A stretch of DNA of 64,000 nucleotides from NCBI GenBank assembly GCA_045863395.1, contig BTVJ01000006.1:32001-96000 (forward strand), read 5' to 3'. Positions 47,991 through 56,138 of this stretch are shown here, in pieces. Both the position numbers and the translations under genes were made by a program. The notes below the pieces were generated by a model that did not search any database, was not told the DNA's origin, and saw only the letters and a program-made list of their open reading frames with translations. The stretch's first letter is position 1. Every line of letters begins with the position of its first letter. Source of the DNA: Myxococcales bacterium. Its GTDB lineage: Bacteria; Myxococcota_A; UBA9042; JABWCM01; BTVJ01.

Positions 47991-49502
47991 CTACGGCTCG
48001 GGCTTCGGGATGGCGGGCGGCGCTGGCGGGCGAAAGTGCTCCGTGACGGGCTGCGGGCGGGGTGGCGCGGGGACTGCGGACAAGGGCAGGAGGTCCGGCG
48101 GCACCTGGTCAGGGTCCGATGCCCCGCTCTGGGTGATCTCCTCCAGATCGTCCACCACCGGCAGGTCGTCACTGTCCCGGTCCATGACCGGCAGAGGGGT
48201 GAGCAGGCTGATGTCCGAGGGGGGCAGCACGTCCATCCAGGCGGCCATCAGATCTTCGCCGGTCATGCGGTCGGACGCCTGCATGGACTTGACCTTGGAC
48301 AGCTCGTCGGAGGTGCGCCGGAGCCGGATGGTCAGCGCCTTGATGAAGCTCCAGAGCATCTTCACGGCGATGGTGGAGTTCTTGCGGAGCACCCCGTAGA
48401 AGTCCTTGCGCGTGATGGTCAGGACCCGGACGTCGTCGCGGGCGACGGCGGTGGCGGAGCGCGGCGACGAGTCGACCAGCGACATCTCGCCGAAGTGTAC
48501 CCCTCGCTTGAGCACCGCGATCTCCACGTCACCCTTGCGGATGTCCACCGTGCCTGCGAGCAGGATGTAGAGCACGTCCTCGGCCACGCCCTCCTCGAAG
48601 ATCAGCTCGCCGGGGCGGAAGGTGCGCTCCCCCGCGATGTTCATGACCTTCACGAGCTCCTGGTAGCTCAAGTACTTGAACAGGGACAGGCCCTTGAGGG
48701 TCTCGAACTTCAGCTTGACGTGCTCGTAGTCCCCCTGCTTGTCGTCCTCCGCCACGGTCAAGTAGATGGCCGTGATGTTGTCCTTGCCGCCCTTGGCGTT
48801 GGCGAAGGTGATGAAGTCTTCGACGATCTTCTCCAGGTCGTCGCCCTTCGTCTTCTGGAGGATGATCTCCGAGTCCGTGTACCCGGTCAGGCCGTCCGAG
48901 CACAGCAGGTAGCGATCACCTGGCAGGATGTCGAAGTCGAGGGTGTCCACCTCCACCGACTCGTAGACGCCCACCGCGCGGGTGACGGCGTTCTTGAAGC
49001 GGTGGTCGATGTCCTTGAGGCTCTTGACCTTGCCGTGCTTGAGCAGCTCGTTGAGCAGCGAGTGGTCCTCGGTGAGCTGGTGTACCTGCCCCTGGCGCAC
49101 CAGGTAGACCCGGCTGTCCCCCACGTGGGCGACGAAGCCGCGGCCGCCGGCGACCAGCATCATGCTGACCGTCGTGCCCATGCCCCGCTGGCGGGGGTTG
49201 GCGAGGCCCTTCTCGAAGATGCGGTAGCAGGCGTGCTGAACCGAGTGCTCCAGGAGCGCCAGGATGTCCCGGCGGGTCACCGACGGGTCACCCTGCTCGA
49301 ACTCCTCCAGGATCTCCCGGTTCTTGAGGATGTTCTCGCGGATGACGTTGACGGCCGTGGCGCTCGCCACCTCACCGCAGGCGTGCCCGCCCATGCCGTC
49401 GGCGACGATGTAGAGCTGGTACTTGCGGTCGACGAGGAAGTTGTCCTCGTTGTGCTGTCGCACGCGGCCAACATCGGTGCGGGCTGCGAACTGGACTTGC
49501 AT
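47991..49502 (-). CDS. PP2C Ser/Thr phosphatase fused to a cyclic-nucleotide-binding domain
   Basis: TDVGRVRQHNED, ADGMGGH, MGTT, HVGDSR, LCSDGL, GGKDNIT; FGEMSL...PRSAT phosphate-binding cassette. Confidence 0.92.
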   Translation of the reverse strand: MQVQFAARTDVGRVRQHNEDNFLVDRKYQLYIVADGMGGHACGEVASATAVNVIRENILKNREILEEFEQGDPSVTRRDILALLEHSVQHACYRIFEKGLANPRQRGMGTTVSMMLVAGGRGFVAHVGDSRVYLVRQGQVHQLTEDHSLLNELLKHGKVKSLKDIDHRFKNAVTRAVGVYESVEVDTLDFDILPGDRYLLCSDGLTGYTDSEIILQKTKGDDLEKIVEDFITFANAKGGKDNITAIYLTVAEDDKQGDYEHVKLKFETLKGLSLFKYLSYQELVKVMNIAGERTFRPGELIFEEGVAEDVLYILLAGTVDIRKGDVEIAVLKRGVHFGEMSLVDSSPRSATAVARDDVRVLTITRKDFYGVLRKNSTIAVKMLWSFIKALTIRLRRTSDELSKVKSMQASDRMTGEDLMAAWMDVLPPSDISLLTPLPVMDRDSDDLPVVDDLEEITQSGASDPDQVPPDLLPLSAVPAPPRPQPVTEHFRPPAPPAIPKPEP

Positions 49503-49689
49503 TGCTCCCGTCCTCACGTCTCCGCCCCGGAGCGTGCGGTCGCACGGGCCCGGGCAGCGGTCATGCTGGCTCGGAACGTGGGTGCTGCGGGGGGCTGCCC
49601 TGTGCTCCGACGACGGCTCAAGGTACCAACGGCGCCGGTTCGCGTCAATCCTGCGTGAATCCCGGGGGATCGGCAGCGGGAGAAAGCCG

Positions 49690-49717
49690 TAAAGGCGGCC
49701 GCGCCCGCTGCCGATGA
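49690..49717 (+). promoter_or_regulatory. Sigma28 (FliA)-like promoter upstream of motA
   Basis: TAAA-N16-GCCGATGA, about 50 nt before the motA start. Confidence 0.5.
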
Positions 49718-49766
49718 GGGTCGCGTTCACCTCGGAGCGCCCGGGGTCCTCTGGCTGGGAGGGTGC

Positions 49767-50582
49767 ATGAATCCATCGACCGTAATCGGAATGCTCGGCG
49801 GCGCCGCCCTTGTCGTTGGCACCATCTCCCTGTCGTCGGTCAGCGCCGGCTCCTTCTGGAGCGTGTCGAGCGTCTTGATCGTGCTCGGCGGCACTCTGGC
49901 CGCCACCTTCGTCAGCTACCCGCTGCGCGAGGTCATGCGCGTGATGCGGGTGTTCGGCATCGTGCTGCGCAACGAGCGGCTGTACGCCCAGGACGACATC
50001 GACGAGCTGGTCCAGGTCTCGAAGGAGTGGTTCAAGTTCGACCTCTCCGGCGTGGAGCACAAGGTGCGGAGCATCCGCAACCCCTTCCTCCGTACTGGGG
50101 TCCAGCTCGTCATCGACGGGACCCCCATCGACAAAGTGATGGACCTGCTGCGCTGGCGCATCTCGCGGCTCCAAGCGAGGGAGCGCGCCGAGGCGGCGCT
50201 GTTTCGCACCATGGCCCAGTTCGCGCCCGCCTTCGGCATGCTCGGCACCCTGGTGGGGCTCATCAACATGCTGTCGGGCCTGGCGACGGCGTCCGTGGGC
50301 GACATCGGACGCAACATGGCGCTGGCGCTGATCACGACGTTCTACGGCCTGATCCTGGCCAACATGATCTTCAAGCCCATCGCCGTGAAGCTGGAGCGGC
50401 GCACCGAGCGGCGCGTGATGCTCATGAACATGGTGCTCGAGGGCATCGCCATGCTGTCCGAGCGGCGCAGCCCCGGCTTCGTGAGGGAGACGCTCAACTC
50501 CTTCCTGACCCACTACGAGGACGAGCTGCGGCAGGATCCCCACGGCGCGCCGGTCCTCGCCGACGACCCGGCGGGGCTGTGA
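49767..50582 (+). CDS. motA: MotA/PomA-family stator subunit
   Basis: IVLGGT, NPFL..GVQLVIDG, APAFGMLGTLVGLI.ML, ALITTFYG..LAN....PIA.KL. Confidence 0.9.
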   Translation: MNPSTVIGMLGGAALVVGTISLSSVSAGSFWSVSSVLIVLGGTLAATFVSYPLREVMRVMRVFGIVLRNERLYAQDDIDELVQVSKEWFKFDLSGVEHKVRSIRNPFLRTGVQLVIDGTPIDKVMDLLRWRISRLQARERAEAALFRTMAQFAPAFGMLGTLVGLINMLSGLATASVGDIGRNMALALITTFYGLILANMIFKPIAVKLERRTERRVMLMNMVLEGIAMLSERRSPGFVRETLNSFLTHYEDELRQDPHGAPVLADDPAGL

Positions 50583-50590
50583 GGACCACG

Positions 50591-51388
50591 ATGGCTGAGG
50601 AGGCGCGAGACGAGCGGGAGCGGGAGGAGCCTTCGGGACGGGAGGAGGCGCCGAAGAGCCCCGAGGCGTTGCGACAGGAGGCCCACGCGCGGGCGGCCCT
50701 TGCGGCCAAGGCGGCCCGCTGGGAGTCCCAGCCCGCCGGCGAGGAGGACGAGAACGGGTGGGCGGTGACGTACCTCGACGTGCTCACGCTCCTCCTCACG
50801 CTGTTCGTCGCGCTGATGGCGCGGGCAACGCTGGACGTCGCGGAGACCAAGACGCACGACCCGCAGCCTGTCGTGGTCGCCGAGGACGAGGCCGCCGTGC
50901 AGGTCTCCGTCGTCGCCGCGCAGCTCCAGAAGGAGGAGGAGTCTCCCCCCGAGGAGCTGGAGGAGCTCGCCCGCGCGGGCCTGGGGGACAGCGTGGAGGT
51001 GCTCGCCGTGAAGGGGGGCATCCAGATCCGCATCGACGACAGCCTGCTCTTCGCGCCGGGCAAGGCGGACGTCAAGAAGGAGGGCCTCGCGCTCCTCGAC
51101 AAGCTCGCGACCTCGCTGCTGGCGCGTGGAAACGCGATCACCGTGGAGGGTCACACGGACGCGACGCCCATCCGGAGCGCGCGGTTCCCCTCCAACTGGG
51201 AGCTCTCCGCCGGGCGCGCGTCTGCCGTGGTCCGCGCCTTCGTAGACCGGGGCATCGCCCCGACCCGCCTCCGGGCCATCGGCTACGGAGACACCGTCCC
51301 CATCGCGAGCAATGACACCCCGGACGGACGGGCCCGGAACCGCCGCGTCGTGCTTACGCTCTCTGCCGGCTCCCGGGTCCGGCGATGA
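50591..51388 (+). CDS. motB: MotB-family stator subunit with OmpA-like peptidoglycan-binding domain
   Basis: WAVTYLDVLTLLL (conserved Asp), VEGHTD, SNWELSAGRA, GYG...P, NRRV. Confidence 0.9.
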   Translation: MAEEARDEREREEPSGREEAPKSPEALRQEAHARAALAAKAARWESQPAGEEDENGWAVTYLDVLTLLLTLFVALMARATLDVAETKTHDPQPVVVAEDEAAVQVSVVAAQLQKEEESPPEELEELARAGLGDSVEVLAVKGGIQIRIDDSLLFAPGKADVKKEGLALLDKLATSLLARGNAITVEGHTDATPIRSARFPSNWELSAGRASAVVRAFVDRGIAPTRLRAIGYGDTVPIASNDTPDGRARNRRVVLTLSAGSRVRR

Positions 51389-51413
51389 CTCACACCACTT
51401 TGGAGGACCGACG

Positions 51414-52067
51414 ATGAAGTCTCGTAGAATCGCCCTGCTCACCCTGGCCTTCGGACTCGTGGGCTCCGCCCCCGCGGCTGCTCTCGACAACCTGTGCGAT
51501 CTGGACCTGGACGGCCAGGTGACCGCGTCCGACCTTCAGATCGTGCAGGGGGCCTGGAGCGGTCACGGCGCCTGCCCCGGTGACTGCGACGTCACCATGG
51601 ACGGGGCGTTCTCCGTGGCGGACGTCGAGGCCGTCGCGAAGCACCTGCTCGGCATCGAGGCCTGCCCCCTGACGCAGCAGTCCGCGGTGACCGCGGTGAC
51701 CGCGCTGATCGGCACCAAGGCCCTGGTGTACGTGCGGGACGCCAGCGGGCTGAACTACTACTTCGTGACGAAGGTCGTGGCCGCCGCGCCGGCGTCGCTG
51801 CCCCACGGTCGTGCGGTGGGCCTGGACGTCACGGGCGACGACCGGCCGGACACGATGGCGTCGCTGCCCCTGGCGATGAAAGAGCCCGTCCCCGTGACCA
51901 TCCCAGGGCAGCCGCCGGCCGTGATCATCGCGTTCACCCACGGCGAGGTGCTCGCGTGGAAGCGCTCCATGCAGTCGGCGAAGGCGCCGCCGCGGATCCT
52001 CGTGGACCTGGACGAGGATGGCATCACCGACGCGAGCCTGGTCACGGTCGGCGCCTGGGGCTGGTAG
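51414..52067 (+). CDS. Secreted protein with N-terminal dockerin-like duplicated Ca-binding loop
   Basis: Signal peptide; CDLDLDGQVTASDL...CDVTMDGAFSVADV; GGAGG RBS, 25 nt after motB. Confidence 0.65.
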   Translation: MKSRRIALLTLAFGLVGSAPAAALDNLCDLDLDGQVTASDLQIVQGAWSGHGACPGDCDVTMDGAFSVADVEAVAKHLLGIEACPLTQQSAVTAVTALIGTKALVYVRDASGLNYYFVTKVVAAAPASLPHGRAVGLDVTGDDRPDTMASLPLAMKEPVPVTIPGQPPAVIIAFTHGEVLAWKRSMQSAKAPPRILVDLDEDGITDASLVTVGAWGW

Positions 52068-52089
52068 AGCACCTCCCCCCAAGCGTGAA

Positions 52090-53616
52090 TCAGTACGTAG
52101 CCTCAAGGGTGATCCACACCCAGTCGATGCGGTCGTCGCCGCGGAGCTTCGCCGCAGACTGGTCGGGGATGAGGAAGCTGTAGCCGACCTGGAGGCTGGC
52201 CCAGTCCCACGGGGTCCAGGTGGCCGTCAGGTCGAGCTCCTCTCCGAAGTGTGTGGTCTCGTCCGTCTCGGGCCGCCCGTCGCCCAGGCCGAAGCGGGTG
52301 CCGAAGGGAGTGACCAGCCACAAGGAGTACAGCTCCGCCTCCAGAGAGAAGTCATCCAGGAAGGTGACCCCGACGCGTGGGCCGAAGGCCATGAGGTTGC
52401 GCAGGGACACCTGCTCCAGCTTCCCGTAGTGGGTGTACTGGTTCGGGAACAGGGAGTCGAAGTCCACGTCCCGGTCGTCGGCCGGGTTGCCGTCACCCGA
52501 CGCCGTGGTGAACATCATGGACAGGTCGAAGGGGACCGGCCCCGTGCGGAGGCGGTAGCCCAGCTCGGCGGCGTACATCACGGCCAGCACGTCCACGGCG
52601 CGCCGTTGCCCGAACTGCACCGCCGCCTCCAGCTCGCCGAAGAGCCCGACCTCGAGGTCCATGGCCATGCGGGCCCCGACGGTGCCGACGGTCTCCTCGC
52701 TGTCCGCCGCGTTGTCGTTGGAGAGCAGCGTGTAGAGGTCGAAGGTGAACCCGTCGAGGGCGTCGGTGGTCATCCACAGCCCGTACAGGTCCCGGTCCCG
52801 GTCCAGCGGAGTCGCCCGCTCCGCCACCTTCGCCACGAAGGCGTCGAGGGCGATGACGCCCTCGCGGTGGTACGCGAGCCGCACCGCGTCGAAGGAGCGC
52901 GAGGCGATGGCGAAGTCGCTGGTGCCGATGAGCCGCCCACTCCCATAGGCCATCTCGAAGCGGCCAGCCTGGAAGCTCAGGCCGTCGGTGAGCAGGTCGT
53001 CGAAGCGCACGTACCCTTGGTGGAGTCCGAGGCCCTCGTCGTCGGCCATTGTGTCCTCCTCGCGACCCCAGCGCCGGACGTCCTGCACCTGCACGTAGAG
53101 CGACGCCGTCGGGATGGGGTGGAAGCGGAGCCCGGCACGGATCCGGTGGGCGAGGAAGGTCTCCTGATCGTCGAAGTCGCCGTCCAGGTCCCGCTGGTTG
53201 GCGATGGACTCGAAGTCGACCCGCACGGAGGCGTCCACCGCGAACATCCCCCCGAGCAGTCGCCGGGCGGCGAGGTCCTCCGCCGCTTTGGCTGCCTCCG
53301 CCTCCACTCTGGCCGCGTCCGCCGCGCGCGCCTCCTCGACGGCGACCAGACGGGCCCGCAGGGCTTCGTTCTCCTTCTCCATGGCGCTGAGCCGCTGGAG
53401 GTCGGCCTGCTGCTTCTTGCCCGCCGCCTCCAGCGCCTCGATGCGCGCCTTGAGGTCGTTCATCACCTTGAAGTTGCTCTCGATGGTCTCCTTGAGGAGG
53501 GTCATCTCCTCCTCGAAGACGGCGGCGAGGCCCGCGTTCATGCCGGAGCGCTGCTGTGCTGCAGCGGGGGAGAGGGTCGCAAGGGTCACGGCCAGGGCGA
53601 GAGTGAGACGGACCAT
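52090..53616 (-). CDS. Alginate-export (AlgE)-family porin with N-terminal coiled coil
   Basis: R.RAGL, VQVQDVR.WG, LHQGY, GRFEMAYG..RLIG, SFDAV, ASGD, FD.LFP..Y, GEELD; heptad N-terminal region; terminal Tyr. Confidence 0.75.
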   Translation of the reverse strand: MVRLTLALAVTLATLSPAAAQQRSGMNAGLAAVFEEEMTLLKETIESNFKVMNDLKARIEALEAAGKKQQADLQRLSAMEKENEALRARLVAVEEARAADAARVEAEAAKAAEDLAARRLLGGMFAVDASVRVDFESIANQRDLDGDFDDQETFLAHRIRAGLRFHPIPTASLYVQVQDVRRWGREEDTMADDEGLGLHQGYVRFDDLLTDGLSFQAGRFEMAYGSGRLIGTSDFAIASRSFDAVRLAYHREGVIALDAFVAKVAERATPLDRDRDLYGLWMTTDALDGFTFDLYTLLSNDNAADSEETVGTVGARMAMDLEVGLFGELEAAVQFGQRRAVDVLAVMYAAELGYRLRTGPVPFDLSMMFTTASGDGNPADDRDVDFDSLFPNQYTHYGKLEQVSLRNLMAFGPRVGVTFLDDFSLEAELYSLWLVTPFGTRFGLGDGRPETDETTHFGEELDLTATWTPWDWASLQVGYSFLIPDQSAAKLRGDDRIDWVWITLEATY

Positions 53617-53787
53617 GGAAGCGCCTCCTGCGGTTTCGCGGCGACCGTAGCACAGGTTTCGGCGGTTGCCAAAGCGGCGCGGGGGAGAGGGGGAGCGGAG
53701 CGGCGGGCGGCGTCTGCGGAGGACGGCGACCCCCGTTGGCGCCCGGGCGCGACCGTGGTAGCCTTGCTCACCCCAGGAGGTCTCGAC

Positions 53788-54945
53788 ATGACGCAGCCGA
53801 CGGTCGCCATCCTCTCAGAGCCGGGTTCCGAGAGCCACGAGCTGGCGCGCGCGGTGGAGTCCGCGCTCAGCGCCGCCGGCGCGGAGCTGGCGGTCCGCCA
53901 CCAGGCGGGCGGTCTCCGCGACATGTTCGGGGCGGCGACCGCGCCGCCCGACTGCATCGTCGCCATCGATCCAGGTGGCCTGGTGGGCATGCAGCCAGGG
54001 GTCGCCCGCGGCCAGACCCTGGTGGTGGCGGTGGTGCCGGACCTGGTGGTCCCCTCGGCCTGGGAGCGAGTGCCCGCCCCGCACGCGGCGCTGGTCGCCC
54101 ACAAGGACCTCGTGCGCCCCTTCGCAGCCCTGGGCGTGCCGGAGGCGGCGGTGGTGGCGACCGGGGTACCCGTGCCCCCCACCCACGCGCCTGTCTCGGA
54201 CGTCGCCTCCGAGCGCGCCGCGCTCCAGGTGGGGTCGAGCCGCGTCGTCTTCGTCGCCGGGCGGGGCCTCGGGGTCGGGCGCATCGACCGGCTGCTGGTG
54301 CAGCTCGGGATCCTCGCGCCGGACCTGGAGCTCTTCGTCGACGTCGAGGACGGGGACGTCGGCATCCTCGCGCAGCGCATGAAGCTGCTCGGCGTTCGCG
54401 CGCGGCGGCTGCGCGACGTCGGCATGACCGGCAGGATCACGTCCATCGCGGACGTCGTGGTCGGCGCGCCGTCGCCCCTTCAGGTGCTGGCGGCGCTGGC
54501 CGCGGGGCGCCCGGTCCTGGTCGCGGAGCCGCGAGGCGCCGAAGAGATCGGGCGCGCTGCGTTCCTGGAGGCCCACGGCGCCGGTGGGGCGCTCGTCGGG
54601 TCCGCTGTGGCGACCGCCCGCCTGCGTGCCCTGTTCGAGGACCCGGGGGCCCGCGAGCGGGCGAGCACCGCCGCCAGGCGCCTGGTCGTCCCGGACGCGG
54701 GGCGCAACGTGGCCCTCGCGCTGGACGGGCTGATCCGCAACCGCCAGCGCCTGATCGGCTACGCCAAGGAGGCGGGGAAGGTCCGGGCCCGCGTGGAGGA
54801 GGCGGTGCCCGGGGGCCTCGAGGACATCGGCGCCGCGGCGGAGGAGGTGACGGCGGCACGGGACCGCGCCGTCGACCGGGCGATCCGCGAGCTGAACGTC
54901 GACCGGGAGCTCCAGGAGCTCAAGCGGCGGCTGACCCAGGAGTGA
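53788..54945 (+). CDS. MGDG-synthase-like GT-B glycosyltransferase (divergent)
   Basis: VVPD...W, V.ATGVPV, GRGLG, ADVVV, ALAAGRPVL...PRGAEE; C-terminal coiled coil. Confidence 0.6.
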   Translation: MTQPTVAILSEPGSESHELARAVESALSAAGAELAVRHQAGGLRDMFGAATAPPDCIVAIDPGGLVGMQPGVARGQTLVVAVVPDLVVPSAWERVPAPHAALVAHKDLVRPFAALGVPEAAVVATGVPVPPTHAPVSDVASERAALQVGSSRVVFVAGRGLGVGRIDRLLVQLGILAPDLELFVDVEDGDVGILAQRMKLLGVRARRLRDVGMTGRITSIADVVVGAPSPLQVLAALAAGRPVLVAEPRGAEEIGRAAFLEAHGAGGALVGSAVATARLRALFEDPGARERASTAARRLVVPDAGRNVALALDGLIRNRQRLIGYAKEAGKVRARVEEAVPGGLEDIGAAAEEVTAARDRAVDRAIRELNVDRELQELKRRLTQE

Positions 54946-56032
54946 CGCGCGAGCGCCACCAGATCGCCGCGAGCCCGCCGACCGCCGCCCCGCCCAGGTG
55001 GGCGACGGCGGACACGTTGGAGCAGCCCCGGACCTGCGCCCAGGCCCCCAGGAGCTGGAGCACCACCCAGACCAGGAACATCACCCACGCGCGGGTGCGC
55101 AGCCAGACTCCCCGCAGTCGGTAGCGGATGTACCACCCGAGCCGCGCCCGCGGGAAGGCCACCGCGTAGAAGGCCAGGAGGCCGCTGATGGCGCCGCTCG
55201 CGCCCACGACGGGGACGTCGGAGCGCGGGTCCAGGGCGACGTGGGCGAGCCCGCCGGCCAGCCCTGCCACGACGAAGAGCGCGAGCCACCGGGCCTGGCC
55301 GAGGGCGTCCTCCACGTTGTCGCCGAACACCAGCAGGAAGTAGAGGTTGCCGAGCAGGTGGATCACCCCCGCGTGGAGCGCCACGGAGGTCAGGAAGGTC
55401 AGGCCGCCGTGGCGGAGCGGGGTCGCGGGCACCAGCCCCCAGGAGGCGATGGCGTCCGGGTCCGCGAAGGCCGCCACCGCGAGCAGCGCAATGAGGATGG
55501 AGACTCCCCACGTGACGGTGGGGTGGGCAGCGAAGACCTGCTCGTCCAGCTCGCCCGGGAGGCCGAACCAGGCGGCGGCGGTCTGGACGGCTCCTGGGGT
55601 GGACGCGGCCGCATCCACGAGGCGCTCGGTCTGCTCCCGCGCGCGGGTCGCGTGCAGGCGGGCGAGCAGGGCGCGCGCCTCCATGGGGAGCTCTGGCTCC
55701 CGGGGAGCCGCGGGAGGCGGGGCGATTGCGGACAGCCGCTCGACCTCCCCGCCGTCGAACCACACGTGCTGGCACGGGCGGCACACGTCGAGCCACAGCG
55801 GCGTGTCGGCGAGCGCGACCAGGGACATGGGCCGTGCGCAGGTGGGGCAGGGCGCGCCGGTCTGGGGCGAGCCCTGCGCGTCGCGCCAGAGGGCAGCGAC
55901 GCGGTGGGGATCGGCGGATCGCCGGAGCGCGGCCAGGGGCATCACACGCCCGCCGCATCGAGGGCAGGCGACGCTTCGCCCGCGGGCGACCGTGACCCGG
56001 AGCGTGGTGTTGCAGGAGGGGCAGGCGCTCAT
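54920..56032 (-). CDS. Rhomboid intramembrane protease with N-terminal zinc-ribbon repeats
   Basis: Four CxxC pairs; HAG..HLLGN, GASGAISG (Ser), AHLGG (His). Confidence 0.9.
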   Translation of the reverse strand: MSACPSCNTTLRVTVARGRSVACPRCGGRVMPLAALRRSADPHRVAALWRDAQGSPQTGAPCPTCARPMSLVALADTPLWLDVCRPCQHVWFDGGEVERLSAIAPPPAAPREPELPMEARALLARLHATRAREQTERLVDAAASTPGAVQTAAAWFGLPGELDEQVFAAHPTVTWGVSILIALLAVAAFADPDAIASWGLVPATPLRHGGLTFLTSVALHAGVIHLLGNLYFLLVFGDNVEDALGQARWLALFVVAGLAGGLAHVALDPRSDVPVVGASGAISGLLAFYAVAFPRARLGWYIRYRLRGVWLRTRAWVMFLVWVVLQLLGAWAQVRGCSNVSAVAHLGGAAVGGLAAIWWRSRVTPGSAAA

Positions 56033-56138
56033 GCCGCAGATTCTGAGCCGTCACAATTTGCGATGCAATCGCTGCGGCGAGCCGCTACCATGGCGCGCAC
56101 TCGCGAGTCACAACCAGACACGACCATAGGGAGAGACC

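Noticed and set aside
49767..52067. motA/motB as a Zorya anti-phage system
   Set aside because: MotA is only 271 aa with no long ZorA tail, and there is no ZorC/D/E-like helicase or nuclease next to it.
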